Part shown: positions 40,844 to 51,056 of the stretch, piece by piece | Position numbering within the stretch: the first letter of the stretch is position 1 | Layout: each line of letters opens with the position of its first letter | Assembly: GCA_019058315.1 (NCBI GenBank) | Contig: JAHPZH010000002.1 | Coordinates: 448,001-512,000 of the forward strand | Reading direction: 5' to 3' | Length of the DNA stretch: 64,000 nt | DNA from: Candidatus Helarchaeota archaeon | GTDB lineage: Archaea > Asgardarchaeota > Lokiarchaeia > Helarchaeales > RDOG01 | Made by a program: the position numbers and the translations under genes | The notes under the pieces: model-generated | The model's database searches: none | What the model saw: only the letters and a program-made list of their open reading frames with translations | Told to the model about the DNA's origin: nothing

Positions 40844-41578
40844 CTAATTTGAATTTACTACCTTGTCTCTTATCTCTAAATTTGAACGTAATAAGAGTAT
40901 TCGATCTTCTAATGTTTTATAAGCCTTGAGGGAATCTTCTCTGGAAACCACAAAAATTGTATCCGTATGACAAGACATAAATTGCGTTATATTAATAGAA
41001 TTACGAGCGAATAAGTCTGTAAGATATGCTACAATTCCTGGGACTTCAATTATTTTTAGGGGGCTAACAACTATAAGAGCTGATTGATCTCCTTTTATAA
41101 GTAAAATATTCTTTTTAGTCAGTTTTTCAACTATTCTATCTTTTGCTCTTGCATCTACTACGAGAGTAAATGAATTAGTTCCTTGAATTAATTGAAAAAA
41201 ATCAGTTCCTTCCATAAGTTCGGTAAGGCTTATTCCCTCAAAAAATACAGATTGGCGAAAATTTATAACTGTCAATTCATTTTTTAATTCTAATTTACTT
41301 TCAGCTATGACCTCAACTATATCTTCTTCCAAAATTTTCCATTTCTCTTTAATTTCGTCGGAATATCTCATTAATGCCATTTTAATAGCATCAATTTGTA
41401 TCTTTTTTTCTTTTCTACCTATTAATTTAGTAACTTCTGGATTGATTGATTCAGCTAGAGCGGAAAAATTAATAACGCCTTGCTTGATACCATCAATCAA
41501 AGACGGCTTACTTTGAATAATTCGTCTTGCAGCTTCAGCGATTGACAACTCTTCTGATTTACGTTTGTTTTTCACCAT
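40844..41578 (-). CDS. ACT-domain protein (archaeal aspartokinase-regulatory-like)
   Basis: GVINFSALA, AIKMALMRY, PGIVAYLTDLFARNSINI..FMSCHTDT. Confidence 0.82.
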   Translation of the reverse strand: MVKNKRKSEELSIAEAARRIIQSKPSLIDGIKQGVINFSALAESINPEVTKLIGRKEKKIQIDAIKMALMRYSDEIKEKWKILEEDIVEVIAESKLELKNELTVINFRQSVFFEGISLTELMEGTDFFQLIQGTNSFTLVVDARAKDRIVEKLTKKNILLIKGDQSALIVVSPLKIIEVPGIVAYLTDLFARNSINITQFMSCHTDTIFVVSREDSLKAYKTLEDRILLLRSNLEIRDKVVNSN

Positions 41579-41779
41579 TTTAATCTACTTTATTATTTAT
41601 TAAGGTGTAATTATTAAATTGTGAGTTAAATAATAAATTTATTTGTTTTTTTTCCTCATTTTAAAACTATTTAATCAATTACAAATTGGATTTAATTTTT
41701 ATAATTATTTTTTAAAACTAACTCAAATAACCTATAATTAAATTAATTAAAATTTAATAGAATAATCGAGGAAAATAAT

Positions 41780-43807
41780 ATGACTGTAACTATTCAAGAT
41801 TATAAGAAGAAACCGACATTTAGAAGATTATTATCTCCTTTGAAGGTTCGCTCTCTTGAAATAAAAAATAGAATTATTATGGCTCCTATGCATATGAATT
41901 ATTGCGGAAGTCAAGGCCAAAATACACCGAAATTTACAGCCTTTTATGCAGCCAGAGCGAAAGGAGGAACAGGTCTGGTAATTATCGGAGGTGCACAATT
42001 CTCAACGACTGGTGGAAATGCTCCTAATATGGTAAATCTGATGAACGATGATGTAATTCCAGAATGGAAAGAATTCACCGATACAATCCATAAAAATGGA
42101 GGAAAAGCAGGGGTTCAATTACTTCATTGTGGTAGATATGGTTATTTTGGTGAAACATACGCTCCCTCACCAGTTCCTTCTGGTATGGGAATGCGACAAA
42201 CACCAAAAGAATTAACTATTGAACAAATTGAATTTGTACAAGATGAATATGCTTCTGCTGCAGTTAGGGCAAAAAAAGCAGGTTTTGATACAGTTGAAAT
42301 TTGTGGTAATACTGGTTATTTACCTAGTCAATTTGTTTCTAAATTTACAAATAGGCGTAAGGATAAATATGGAGGCGATTTGGAACAAAGAACCACTTTT
42401 TCAGTTGAATTGCTTCATAAGATGCGAAAGGCGGTTGGCGATTACCCAATAATATATCGATTACCACCAGATGATCTAATACCTGATTCAACTACCAATG
42501 CTGAAATGGTACAAATTGTTCCTATATTTGCAAAGGCTGGTGCGGATATGTTGCACGTTGCTGGAGGATTTCACGAAGCTAGGGTTCCACAATTAACTAT
42601 AAATGTTCCAATGGGATACTCTGCAAGAATGGCTGGTAATATTAGAAGAGCCGCTAAAATTCCAGTAATTCTAGCACATCGCGTCCATGATGCAATTTTA
42701 GCCGAAAATTTAATTGCTGCTGGACATATCGATTGCGTTGGTTGGGGACGTCCTCTTATTTGTGATCCAGAAATTGGAAATAAGTTAAAAGAAGGCAGAT
42801 GGGAGGATATACGTTGGTGTATTGGGTGTAATCAAGGTTGCTTCGATGCTGTTTTCCTTGCACAGCCAGTTACTTGTTTACAAAATCCACAAGCTGGGAA
42901 GGAAGAAAAACTTAAAATTATTCCTACTGACTCACCTAAAAGTGTGATTGTTATTGGTGGAGGACCTGGGGGCATGGAAGCTGCATTAATTCTAAAACAA
43001 CGTGGACATAATGTTACATTATATGAAAAAGCTGGTTTCCTTGGAGGAGATCTTTATTTAGCAAGTGTTCCTATTGGTCGCGAAGATTTTGGAAAAGTTA
43101 TCGATTATCTGATAAGACAATTAATTAAAAATAAGGTTGATATTAAACTTAATACTGAAATTACTTCTGAAATGATTCTAAAACTAAAACCTGATGCTGT
43201 AATTGTTGCCTCGGGTAATATCCCAATAATTCCTCAGATTCCAGGGATAGATGGTCCCAATGTCGTTATGGCAAAGGATGTACTTTTGGATAAAGTTGAT
43301 GTTGGGGATAATGTTGTTATTATTGGTGGTGGAGCAGTTGGATCAGAAACGGCACTGCATGTAGCAAAATCTTCAGCAATTTCTTCCGAAATAGCCATGC
43401 ATTTAATTCAACATAAAGTTCTAGATATTGAAGAAGCAATTAGGCAATATCGCTATGGAAAAAATGTGACTATTCTTGAAATGAAGAAAAAAATTGGAGA
43501 GAATATTGGAAAAACTTCCAGATGGACTGTAATCGGTGACTTAGTTTATCATGGAATAAAAAGTATAACACTTGCAGAAGTCAAAGAGATAAAAGAGCAC
43601 AGTGTTGTTTTTAACATAAAGGGCGAAGAAAAAGAATTAGATTTTGATACCTGCATTATAGCGGCTGGAGTAAGATCTAATAAAAAATTGTATGAGGAAA
43701 TAAAAGATAAAGTCAAAGAAGTAAAACTAATTGGTGACGCAAAAAATCCACGAAAAGCTCTTGATGCAATTGCCGAAGGTTTCAAAGCAGCTATTAAAAT
43801 TAAATAA
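41780..43807 (+). CDS. NADH:flavin oxidoreductase, 2,4-dienoyl-CoA reductase (FadH)-like
   Basis: IKNRIIMAPM, RAKGGTG, AGFDTVEI, CIGCNQGC, VIGGGPGGMEAA. Confidence 0.88.
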   Translation: MTVTIQDYKKKPTFRRLLSPLKVRSLEIKNRIIMAPMHMNYCGSQGQNTPKFTAFYAARAKGGTGLVIIGGAQFSTTGGNAPNMVNLMNDDVIPEWKEFTDTIHKNGGKAGVQLLHCGRYGYFGETYAPSPVPSGMGMRQTPKELTIEQIEFVQDEYASAAVRAKKAGFDTVEICGNTGYLPSQFVSKFTNRRKDKYGGDLEQRTTFSVELLHKMRKAVGDYPIIYRLPPDDLIPDSTTNAEMVQIVPIFAKAGADMLHVAGGFHEARVPQLTINVPMGYSARMAGNIRRAAKIPVILAHRVHDAILAENLIAAGHIDCVGWGRPLICDPEIGNKLKEGRWEDIRWCIGCNQGCFDAVFLAQPVTCLQNPQAGKEEKLKIIPTDSPKSVIVIGGGPGGMEAALILKQRGHNVTLYEKAGFLGGDLYLASVPIGREDFGKVIDYLIRQLIKNKVDIKLNTEITSEMILKLKPDAVIVASGNIPIIPQIPGIDGPNVVMAKDVLLDKVDVGDNVVIIGGGAVGSETALHVAKSSAISSEIAMHLIQHKVLDIEEAIRQYRYGKNVTILEMKKKIGENIGKTSRWTVIGDLVYHGIKSITLAEVKEIKEHSVVFNIKGEEKELDFDTCIIAAGVRSNKKLYEEIKDKVKEVKLIGDAKNPRKALDAIAEGFKAAIKIK

Positions 43808-43957
43808 CCTCTTTATTTTTTTATTTGACCCAATCTATGAAAAAATAATAAAATCATAAATTTTTGTTCTAAATTGTAAAATAATTTAATCTATTAGATT
43901 TGATGCAATTTATTCTATAATATTTTGAAATAAAAAAAATAAAGGATTAGTGAAATA

Positions 43958-45004
43958 ATGAAAGTTGGAGTAGTTGGTGCATCAGGATATACTGGAGGAG
44001 CACTATTAAACCTTCTATTCTCACATCCTGAAGTAGAAATCGAAATGGTTACTTCAAGGCAATATCAAGGAAAATTGGTCAGTGATTTACATCCAAATTT
44101 TCGTAAATTTTCAAAAATAAAATTTGAAAACCTTGAGTTGAGTAAAGCCGGAAATTGTGACTTCATATTTCTAGCAGTTCCACATAAATCTGCTATGCAT
44201 ATAGTCCCTGGATTATTAGAAACAGGAGTTAAAGTTATTGATCTAAGTGCAGATTTTAGGTTAAAATCTCTAGAAGATTATGAAAAATATTATGGAGAAC
44301 ATACTTGTCCGGAATTATTTAAAAAGGCAGCTTATGGTTTACCTGAATTACATAGAGATGAAATCAAAAAAGCTGAAATTATTGCTTGTTGTGGATGTAT
44401 GGCTACAAGTTCTGTTTTAGCCCTAGCTCCCCTTGTCAAAGCTGGAATCATTAATACAGAACATATTATATGTGATGCGATGATGGGATCTTCAGGTGGA
44501 GGAAAAAAATTTACTTTAGCCTCTCATCATCCGGAACGATATGGTGTGATAAGACCATATAAGGCGGTCGGACATAGACATACGGCAGAAATAAATCAAG
44601 AATTAAGTCTAATTGCAAATAAAAAAATTACAGTGGGTTTTTCGGCACACGCTGTAAATATTGTGAGAGGTTTATCAACTACAAACCATGTTTATTTATT
44701 AAAGCCACTCGAGGATAAAGATATATGGAAACTATACAGAGATTTTTATAAAAATGAGCCCTTTATTCGTTTAATAAAGCAAAAAAAAGGTATTTATCGT
44801 CTACCAGATCCCAAAGTACTTATTGGTTCAAATTATTGTGACATTGGGTTCATGTTAGACCAAGATATTTCTCGATTAGTTGCGATATCTGCATTGGATA
44901 ATCTGGTTAAAGGCGCTGCGGGGTTAGCAGTCCAAAGTTTCAATATTATCAACGGTTTTGAAGAGACGAAGGGTCTAGAATTTCCGGGATTTCATCCTAT
45001 TTAA
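43958..45004 (+). CDS. argC: N-acetyl-gamma-glutamyl-phosphate reductase, LysY-type (LysW-dependent)
   Basis: GASGYTG, DLSADFR, YGLPE, HHPER, HRHTAEI, DNLVKGAAG. Confidence 0.9.
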   Translation: MKVGVVGASGYTGGALLNLLFSHPEVEIEMVTSRQYQGKLVSDLHPNFRKFSKIKFENLELSKAGNCDFIFLAVPHKSAMHIVPGLLETGVKVIDLSADFRLKSLEDYEKYYGEHTCPELFKKAAYGLPELHRDEIKKAEIIACCGCMATSSVLALAPLVKAGIINTEHIICDAMMGSSGGGKKFTLASHHPERYGVIRPYKAVGHRHTAEINQELSLIANKKITVGFSAHAVNIVRGLSTTNHVYLLKPLEDKDIWKLYRDFYKNEPFIRLIKQKKGIYRLPDPKVLIGSNYCDIGFMLDQDISRLVAISALDNLVKGAAGLAVQSFNIINGFEETKGLEFPGFHPI

Positions 45005-45124
45005 AGAATAAATTTAAATTTACAAATAAAGAATATTAAACCTATTAAAAATCATTTAAAAAAACTTTTTAATATCTAATTGAAATATTTTAATATCTTT
45101 GAAAAACCAAATTATGTGGTTAAA

Positions 45125-45400
45125 ATGTCAGCTGAAAAAGTAAAAAAGCCTATAAAGAAAGAAGATCCTGAAAAAATAAAACTTGGTTATGAAGAAGATT
45201 TACATAAAATTAAAATTGCTTTGGTTTTTCTTTTGGCTATTAATTGTGTGCATTTATTTTCATTTGTTTATCAACATTTATACCCAATGTCATCTCCCCC
45301 TTTAGAGGAACTTTTAGTTGTCCTTTATATTTTAATTGTATTTGATATACTATGCCTTATTCCGTATTTCGTATTGTATTATAAATACAAAAAATTGTAA
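45125..45400 (+). CDS. Small 2-TM membrane protein
   Basis: Two hydrophobic helices; lies between argC and argD. Confidence 0.6.
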   Translation: MSAEKVKKPIKKEDPEKIKLGYEEDLHKIKIALVFLLAINCVHLFSFVYQHLYPMSSPPLEELLVVLYILIVFDILCLIPYFVLYYKYKKL

Positions 45401-45491
45401 ATCTATTTTATTTCTAACAGACTCTTTTTATCCTATTAATAAAATACATAAGAGACTTTTATCAAATAATTATCTATGGGATTGAATTTGT

Positions 45492-46664
45492 ATGTCAACT
45501 GAGTTAATTAATCCAGAAGAAATTTATAGCGGATGGGTTTCTAAAAGACCAATTGAAATTATTAAGGGAAAGGGTGTTTTCCTTTATGATAAAGATGGGA
45601 ATAAATATATAGATTGTATTGGAGGAAATGGGGTTGCAATTATTGGTCATAGCCATCCAAAACTAGTCGAGGCCATAAAGAAGCAAGCCGAAAAATTAAT
45701 TGTTTGTCCGACTTTATTATATAATGACATGCGAGCAAATTTATATAAAAAATTAGCAGAGATTACCCCAGACCCACTCTCAAAATCGTTTTTATCAAAT
45801 TCGGGAGCAGAATCTGTCGAATGCGCTATCAAATTAGCTAAAAGGCATACTGGAAAGCCAGAAATTATCGCAATGAAACACGCATTTCACGGGAGAACGT
45901 CTGGTGCTTTATCCGCTACTTGGAATCCAAAATATAAAAAACCATTTGAACCATTAGTTCCCAAGTTCAAGCATGTTCCTTTTGGTGATATAGAGGCTAT
46001 TAAAAACAATATCTCTAAAGAGACCGCTGCAATTATTCTAGAACCTATCCAAGGGGAAGCGGGTGTCATTATTCCACCAAAGGATTTTCTGAAAGAGCTT
46101 CGAGAAGTATGTAATGAGAAAAATGTTGTTTTAATAATAGATGAGGTACAAACTGGTTTTGGAAGAACTGGAAAATTGTTTGCGTGTTATGGTCATTGGA
46201 ATGTTGTTCCCGATATATTATGTCTTGCAAAAGCAGTATCAGGCGGCATTCCAATGGGAGTAACGATAGCAAAACCAGAAATATTTGATTCAGTTAAAAC
46301 AGGTGAACATTATTCCACTTTCGGGGGCAATCCCCTTGCCTCTGCTGCTGCTTTAGCATCTATTGATATAATCATTGGAGAAAATTTACCAAAAAAAGCA
46401 GAAGAAAATGGGAAATATTTTCTAGATCAATTACAGACCCAATTAGGGGGAAATAGATTAATTAGAGATATTAGAGGGATGGGTTTAATGATAGCTATAG
46501 AATTGAGATTGAAGGTTAAAAAATATATATTAGATGCAGTAAAAAAGGGAGTGCTGTTTTTAACTTCTGGAAAAACTACGATTAGATTACTCCCACCCTT
46601 AATACTTGAAAAAAGGGAGATAGATAAAGTAATAGATATTATTGAACAAATTTTAAAAAATTAG
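45492..46664 (+). CDS. argD: Acetylornithine/LysW-aminoadipate semialdehyde aminotransferase (ArgD/LysJ)
   Basis: NSGAESVE, FHGRT, EPIQGEAG, DEVQTGFGRTG, STFGGNPL. Confidence 0.9.
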   Translation: MSTELINPEEIYSGWVSKRPIEIIKGKGVFLYDKDGNKYIDCIGGNGVAIIGHSHPKLVEAIKKQAEKLIVCPTLLYNDMRANLYKKLAEITPDPLSKSFLSNSGAESVECAIKLAKRHTGKPEIIAMKHAFHGRTSGALSATWNPKYKKPFEPLVPKFKHVPFGDIEAIKNNISKETAAIILEPIQGEAGVIIPPKDFLKELREVCNEKNVVLIIDEVQTGFGRTGKLFACYGHWNVVPDILCLAKAVSGGIPMGVTIAKPEIFDSVKTGEHYSTFGGNPLASAAALASIDIIIGENLPKKAEENGKYFLDQLQTQLGGNRLIRDIRGMGLMIAIELRLKVKKYILDAVKKGVLFLTSGKTTIRLLPPLILEKREIDKVIDIIEQILKN

Positions 46665-46813
46665 CTTGAACCCAAGCATATAATGAATTTTATTCTGTTT
46701 ATAATATTTAGAAATTGAAAACAATTTACCACAATAATGAAATTTATTTAGCTGGAATTACAATTATTTATAGGCTTATAGATACTTGATTTGATTAAAA
46801 TTTCGGTGTTAAA

Positions 46814-48700
46814 ATGAAGGATGTATTTTTTAAGTTTAATGTAAAACTTCTATCAACCGAAAAACAAGAAGAATTTCACTGTAATTTGCCATCTCCCTTA
46901 CATATCGCGATATATAAACCCCTACTTGAAAGGTTAGATATTAAAAAAGATGCATTATTACTAGGAAAAAATGCAATTATCAATATTACAATTTCTACAT
47001 TAAATCTACCTATAAAAATAGGTACTTATCGGGATATTTTTTGTCATGAAGATTTAAAGGCGTTTTTTACAGAAAATGAAGATGTTTTTATTTTAAATTA
47101 TAATGATTTAGAAATATTTGATAAATTTAAAGTCATAAAACCCACCAGGCTCTATAAAACAACATTAATGGAAACGATTTCCTTAAAATTCCCAAAGAAA
47201 TATTCAAAATATACTATCCCCGGACAGATATATTTTGGGATTAATAGAAATAATGACCAAATTTGGAAATTTGAGTTAATAGGATTTTCAAATAAGTTCG
47301 AAATTTCAGATAAAAGAGATGGAATAAGTATAATAAATTATTTTGTAGCAGCTGATAAAGCATATGATATCATTCTTGGACAATTAGAATCAGGTAAATT
47401 TACTGAACCCATGGATGTCATTGAGGAAATAAAAGAAACTGAGATGGATTTAAAAGATAAATATAGTAAAAAAATACTTCAATTTTTCAAAGATAATGGC
47501 TCTATGCCTTCGCATCTTGATTTAGTTAGTAATATAATTGGAATTCCACTAGGTTATGAAAAACAAGTCTTACAATATCTTTTTGGACCAATTAAATTAA
47601 ATTTAGATACGATTAGTAACGAAGAACAAAGAGATCTTGAACGAGATGGTAAAAAAATTTTAAATTATGTTGAAAGAAGAAGGAGACAAGAAAAAAACAA
47701 TGTTGAAATTTGGCAACCAATGGTAACTGATATATATTTTGATTTAAAAATAAATCTTAATGAATTAAGACTAGCATTCGAGTATATTAACATACCCACA
47801 AATGATTTTACCATAAAACCAGAGGAAATTACAAGAATTGATAAATTTTCTAAAACAATTATAAATATGGCCCAAAAAAATAACAAAATTCCCACTTTAA
47901 GTCAAGTTATTAGCAAAGGAATGTCAATTGCTCAAGCTAAAAAGGCTTTTAAAGTTTCTGATGAAATATTAAAATCAGTTTTTCCTATGTGGGAAAATGA
48001 ACTTCAAATTCCTCATCTTCTATTTCCAGTGGATGAAATGGTTTCAGAACATCTTGATAAAACTAAAGTCGGAGATAAAGTTCCCAAATTTAAACATGCT
48101 GAAGTTACAGCAGAAGATTCACTGGAGGTCCAAATTACAAAAGCAAGATTTCAAAGAGCCACTGAAGAACCAATAATTTTTGCTGGGAATCCCGAGACAT
48201 TTTTGAAAAAAAGTAAAGCTGTTATTGAAAATGAACTTTCATTTACTAAAGTAAAGGAAAATATTATTTCAGAGTCAGATACATATTCTGGGGATTTAGT
48301 TTATGCTTACTTGGATAAAAAGAAACAAGTCCATTTTTCCGTTCTAATAAGCATAGATGGAAATACTATAGATGATACTGGGAAAGTAGATTTAATAATT
48401 AAATCAAATGATTTATCTGTAGCTGAAAGATTCTTCAATATATTTGATAATAAATTGGAGGAAATTTCAGCCGAATTGACAAAAGACCATTATCTCTCAG
48501 ATTCACAAGATATTTTGCATCTTGTAAAAAGTTACGGAAAAGGGAAAAATTGGACAAATATCGAAGAACTCACAATAAGATTAAATTATTCCACTGAAAG
48601 AGCTACGAGAATCCTCGAATACATGGAACAAAATAATTTAGTTAAAAAAATTGTCAAACCTGATACAGGTGCTCGATATTATTTCCCTGGATTAACTTAA
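46814..48700 (+). CDS. Large Asgard protein with appendage-platform-like domain and C-terminal Vps22/EAP30-like winged helix
   Basis: C-terminus DILHLVK...IEELTIRLNYSTERATRILEYMEQNNLV...ARYYFPGL resembles SNF8/Vps22 WH2. Confidence 0.62.
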   Translation: MKDVFFKFNVKLLSTEKQEEFHCNLPSPLHIAIYKPLLERLDIKKDALLLGKNAIINITISTLNLPIKIGTYRDIFCHEDLKAFFTENEDVFILNYNDLEIFDKFKVIKPTRLYKTTLMETISLKFPKKYSKYTIPGQIYFGINRNNDQIWKFELIGFSNKFEISDKRDGISIINYFVAADKAYDIILGQLESGKFTEPMDVIEEIKETEMDLKDKYSKKILQFFKDNGSMPSHLDLVSNIIGIPLGYEKQVLQYLFGPIKLNLDTISNEEQRDLERDGKKILNYVERRRRQEKNNVEIWQPMVTDIYFDLKINLNELRLAFEYINIPTNDFTIKPEEITRIDKFSKTIINMAQKNNKIPTLSQVISKGMSIAQAKKAFKVSDEILKSVFPMWENELQIPHLLFPVDEMVSEHLDKTKVGDKVPKFKHAEVTAEDSLEVQITKARFQRATEEPIIFAGNPETFLKKSKAVIENELSFTKVKENIISESDTYSGDLVYAYLDKKKQVHFSVLISIDGNTIDDTGKVDLIIKSNDLSVAERFFNIFDNKLEEISAELTKDHYLSDSQDILHLVKSYGKGKNWTNIEELTIRLNYSTERATRILEYMEQNNLVKKIVKPDTGARYYFPGLT

Positions 48701-48722
48701 GTAAATATTATCTTTTTTTTAT

Positions 48723-49082
48723 TTATTGTTCGATTTTAACAGTGCTTAATCTATTAATGAGGTTCTTCACACTTAATATTAAAATCCCATAACTTGTATT
48801 TTTTGGGGCGAGGATGCATAAAATAAGGTCTTCTCTTACTCTGAATAAGAACAATTCCCCATTATCACCTCTTATAGAAATTCGATCTAGATTTCCAAAT
48901 TTATTATCTTCTAAACCTTTTTCACTAGTCAGAAGAACAGTAGCAAAAATCATCGCAATTTTATCTTTATCAATACCTTGAGGAAGATCCGCCGCGATGG
49001 GGATTCCAGATGAATTGGCTAAAATTGAACCAAAAATTTTAACATCTTTTTTTATATCCTTCAAAATTGTTTCTACAGACAA
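48723..49082 (-). CDS. Roadblock/LC7 domain protein
   Basis: GSILANSSGIPIAADL, LDRISIRGDNGELFL, YGILILSVK. Confidence 0.9.
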   Translation of the reverse strand: MSVETILKDIKKDVKIFGSILANSSGIPIAADLPQGIDKDKIAMIFATVLLTSEKGLEDNKFGNLDRISIRGDNGELFLFRVREDLILCILAPKNTSYGILILSVKNLINRLSTVKIEQ

Positions 49083-49175
49083 ATTAGAACACCTTTTTCT
49101 TAATTATCTCAACCCTCTAATTAATAAATTTTTATTTTTTGTCGAGGTCTTATTCAAGAATATGAAATTAAATTA

Positions 49176-49712
49176 TTACTTTTTTAATCTTTTAATCCTT
49201 TTTCTAATTTTTTTAATCGGTAAATTGCTTTTTTTATAATTTAATGTCATTATATCCTTTAGATATTTTAATTCTAATTTATAATCTTTTAATTCATGAT
49301 AAGACATTCCCAAATAATATAGAGTATTTAGATTCTCCGGATCTCTTTTCAGAATTTCTTTAAAACAACCAATAGCTTTTATATAATCTTCTAATTCATA
49401 ATAATAATATCCCAAATTATACCAAGCATCTAAAAATTCAGGGTTAATTGAAATTGCTTTTTTAAAACAACCACTTATTTTGTCTTCTAAATAAAAAATA
49501 TTTGGTTTTAATGAAAAAAAATTGATTATAAAGAAAATATGTGAGTAAAAGGGATCGAGATTAATATGAAGGTAGGCAATACCTAAATTATACCATGGAG
49601 TTGCTTTTTTAGAGTCAATTTTTAAAGACTTATTAAAACAAAGAATGGCTCTCTTATAATTTTTAGAAAGCATATTTTGATTTCCTTCATAAAACCAATC
49701 ATTTGCTTTCAT
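49176..49712 (-). CDS. TPR repeat protein
   Basis: WYNLG..Y...A..CF.KA..I.P repeats; hydrophobic insert in TPR2. Confidence 0.85.
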   Translation of the reverse strand: MKANDWFYEGNQNMLSKNYKRAILCFNKSLKIDSKKATPWYNLGIAYLHINLDPFYSHIFFIINFFSLKPNIFYLEDKISGCFKKAISINPEFLDAWYNLGYYYYELEDYIKAIGCFKEILKRDPENLNTLYYLGMSYHELKDYKLELKYLKDIMTLNYKKSNLPIKKIRKRIKRLKK

Positions 49713-49737
49713 TATTCTCCCTGAAACAAATAATTAA

Positions 49738-50949
49738 TTATTCCACTGAATCTAACAGTGCCAATAGGTTATTTCTAATCATATCGAGTTTTTCACGACA
49801 AGATGCTTCATTCTCAAACCAATTTATTAATGCATTATCAGAATCGAAATCATCTTGAGAAAATGTATAACTGAAAACGGAGTATAGGACGTCAATTTCT
49901 GAAGCCAAATAACCGATTTTTTCTAAAAAAGTTTGGTATTTTGAATGAAGAACTTTGTGTAATACTTCTCTCTTAATTTTTTTATTCTTCAGACCAAGAG
50001 ATTTTTTAATAAAAAGCCAAAATTCATCGATTGTATCTGAAATCTTTTCTAATTTTTTGATATAAAAAAATGTAAATTCTTCAAATTTTTTATTTGCTTG
50101 TTTTGGTGAAATGCTTTCAATTTCAAATTCTAGATGTTCTTCAATCCCTTCAAGTTCTTTCGTTTTAAGTTGATCTAAAATGGATGATTCATCTATTAAT
50201 TCTAAATCCGATTTATCTCCAACTTCTAATTCAGGTTCTTTAGTAGTAGGTTTTTCCACCAATATTTTCGGGGTTTCATCTCTTTCAAATTCAATTTGAT
50301 TTTTTAAATAATCAAATATAGTTAGGATAAACTGCAGATTCTCTGTTCTATCAATTCCAAATTCAGGGTGATCAATAAAAATATTAAAACCTCCTATCCC
50401 AAACACCCTATTATTTGGAGAAAAAACTGCTATTGGAGTGTTAGGTGGACTAGATTTCGGATTAGATTTTGCAATTACATTACAGGATTTATCAAGTATA
50501 TTAATAGAGCATCCAGAATAAATAATATATTTAAAATTTTCAGAAAAATGAATTGTTTCAAATTTCGAAATCTTAACTACAGCTGAAAGTCCCATATTAT
50601 CCTTTTCATCTTCTACTTGGTCATTATTAAATTCAAATTCAAATCTTCTCCCAATTTCACTAAGATTTGTATTATAGAAGAGATCTCCACCATTTCCACT
50701 AATTAATACTAACCCTTTTCCTCTTTCAACAAATTTTTCTAATGCCATTATTTCCGAATAGGAATAAGCTGTAGTTGGACAACCTAAAATAACTAGATCT
50801 TCTTCCGAAATTTTTTCTAAAGTAATTGGCGGCTGGATTAATCTAAAAATAACTCCACCTAAACGATTTAGAACTACTTGGAAACCTTCTGAATTTAAAT
50901 AATCCAAATTATTATTGTGGCTTTCATCAAGAACTATTTTAAAACTCAT
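49738..50949 (-). CDS. GIFT (GldG/IFT52-like) domain protein with acidic linker and helical C-terminus
   Basis: IVLDESHN, ITLEKI..DLVILGCP...SEIMALEKFVERGKGL..GNGGD...TNL..FEFNNDQV. Confidence 0.72.
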   Translation of the reverse strand: MSFKIVLDESHNNNLDYLNSEGFQVVLNRLGGVIFRLIQPPITLEKISEEDLVILGCPTTAYSYSEIMALEKFVERGKGLVLISGNGGDLFYNTNLSEIGRRFEFEFNNDQVEDEKDNMGLSAVVKISKFETIHFSENFKYIIYSGCSINILDKSCNVIAKSNPKSSPPNTPIAVFSPNNRVFGIGGFNIFIDHPEFGIDRTENLQFILTIFDYLKNQIEFERDETPKILVEKPTTKEPELEVGDKSDLELIDESSILDQLKTKELEGIEEHLEFEIESISPKQANKKFEEFTFFYIKKLEKISDTIDEFWLFIKKSLGLKNKKIKREVLHKVLHSKYQTFLEKIGYLASEIDVLYSVFSYTFSQDDFDSDNALINWFENEASCREKLDMIRNNLLALLDSVE

Positions 50950-51056
50950 GTTATTCTTTCATCTATTAATCAAATTTTTATATAATTCTATTTACCAAAA
51001 TTACAATAGTTAATGTAATATTTTATTTAAAATGTAAAAATTTTGGAGGTTATTTA

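Noticed and set aside
49480-49565. TPR insert as a BHB intron
   Set aside because: No convincing stem or BHB geometry and no stop codon.
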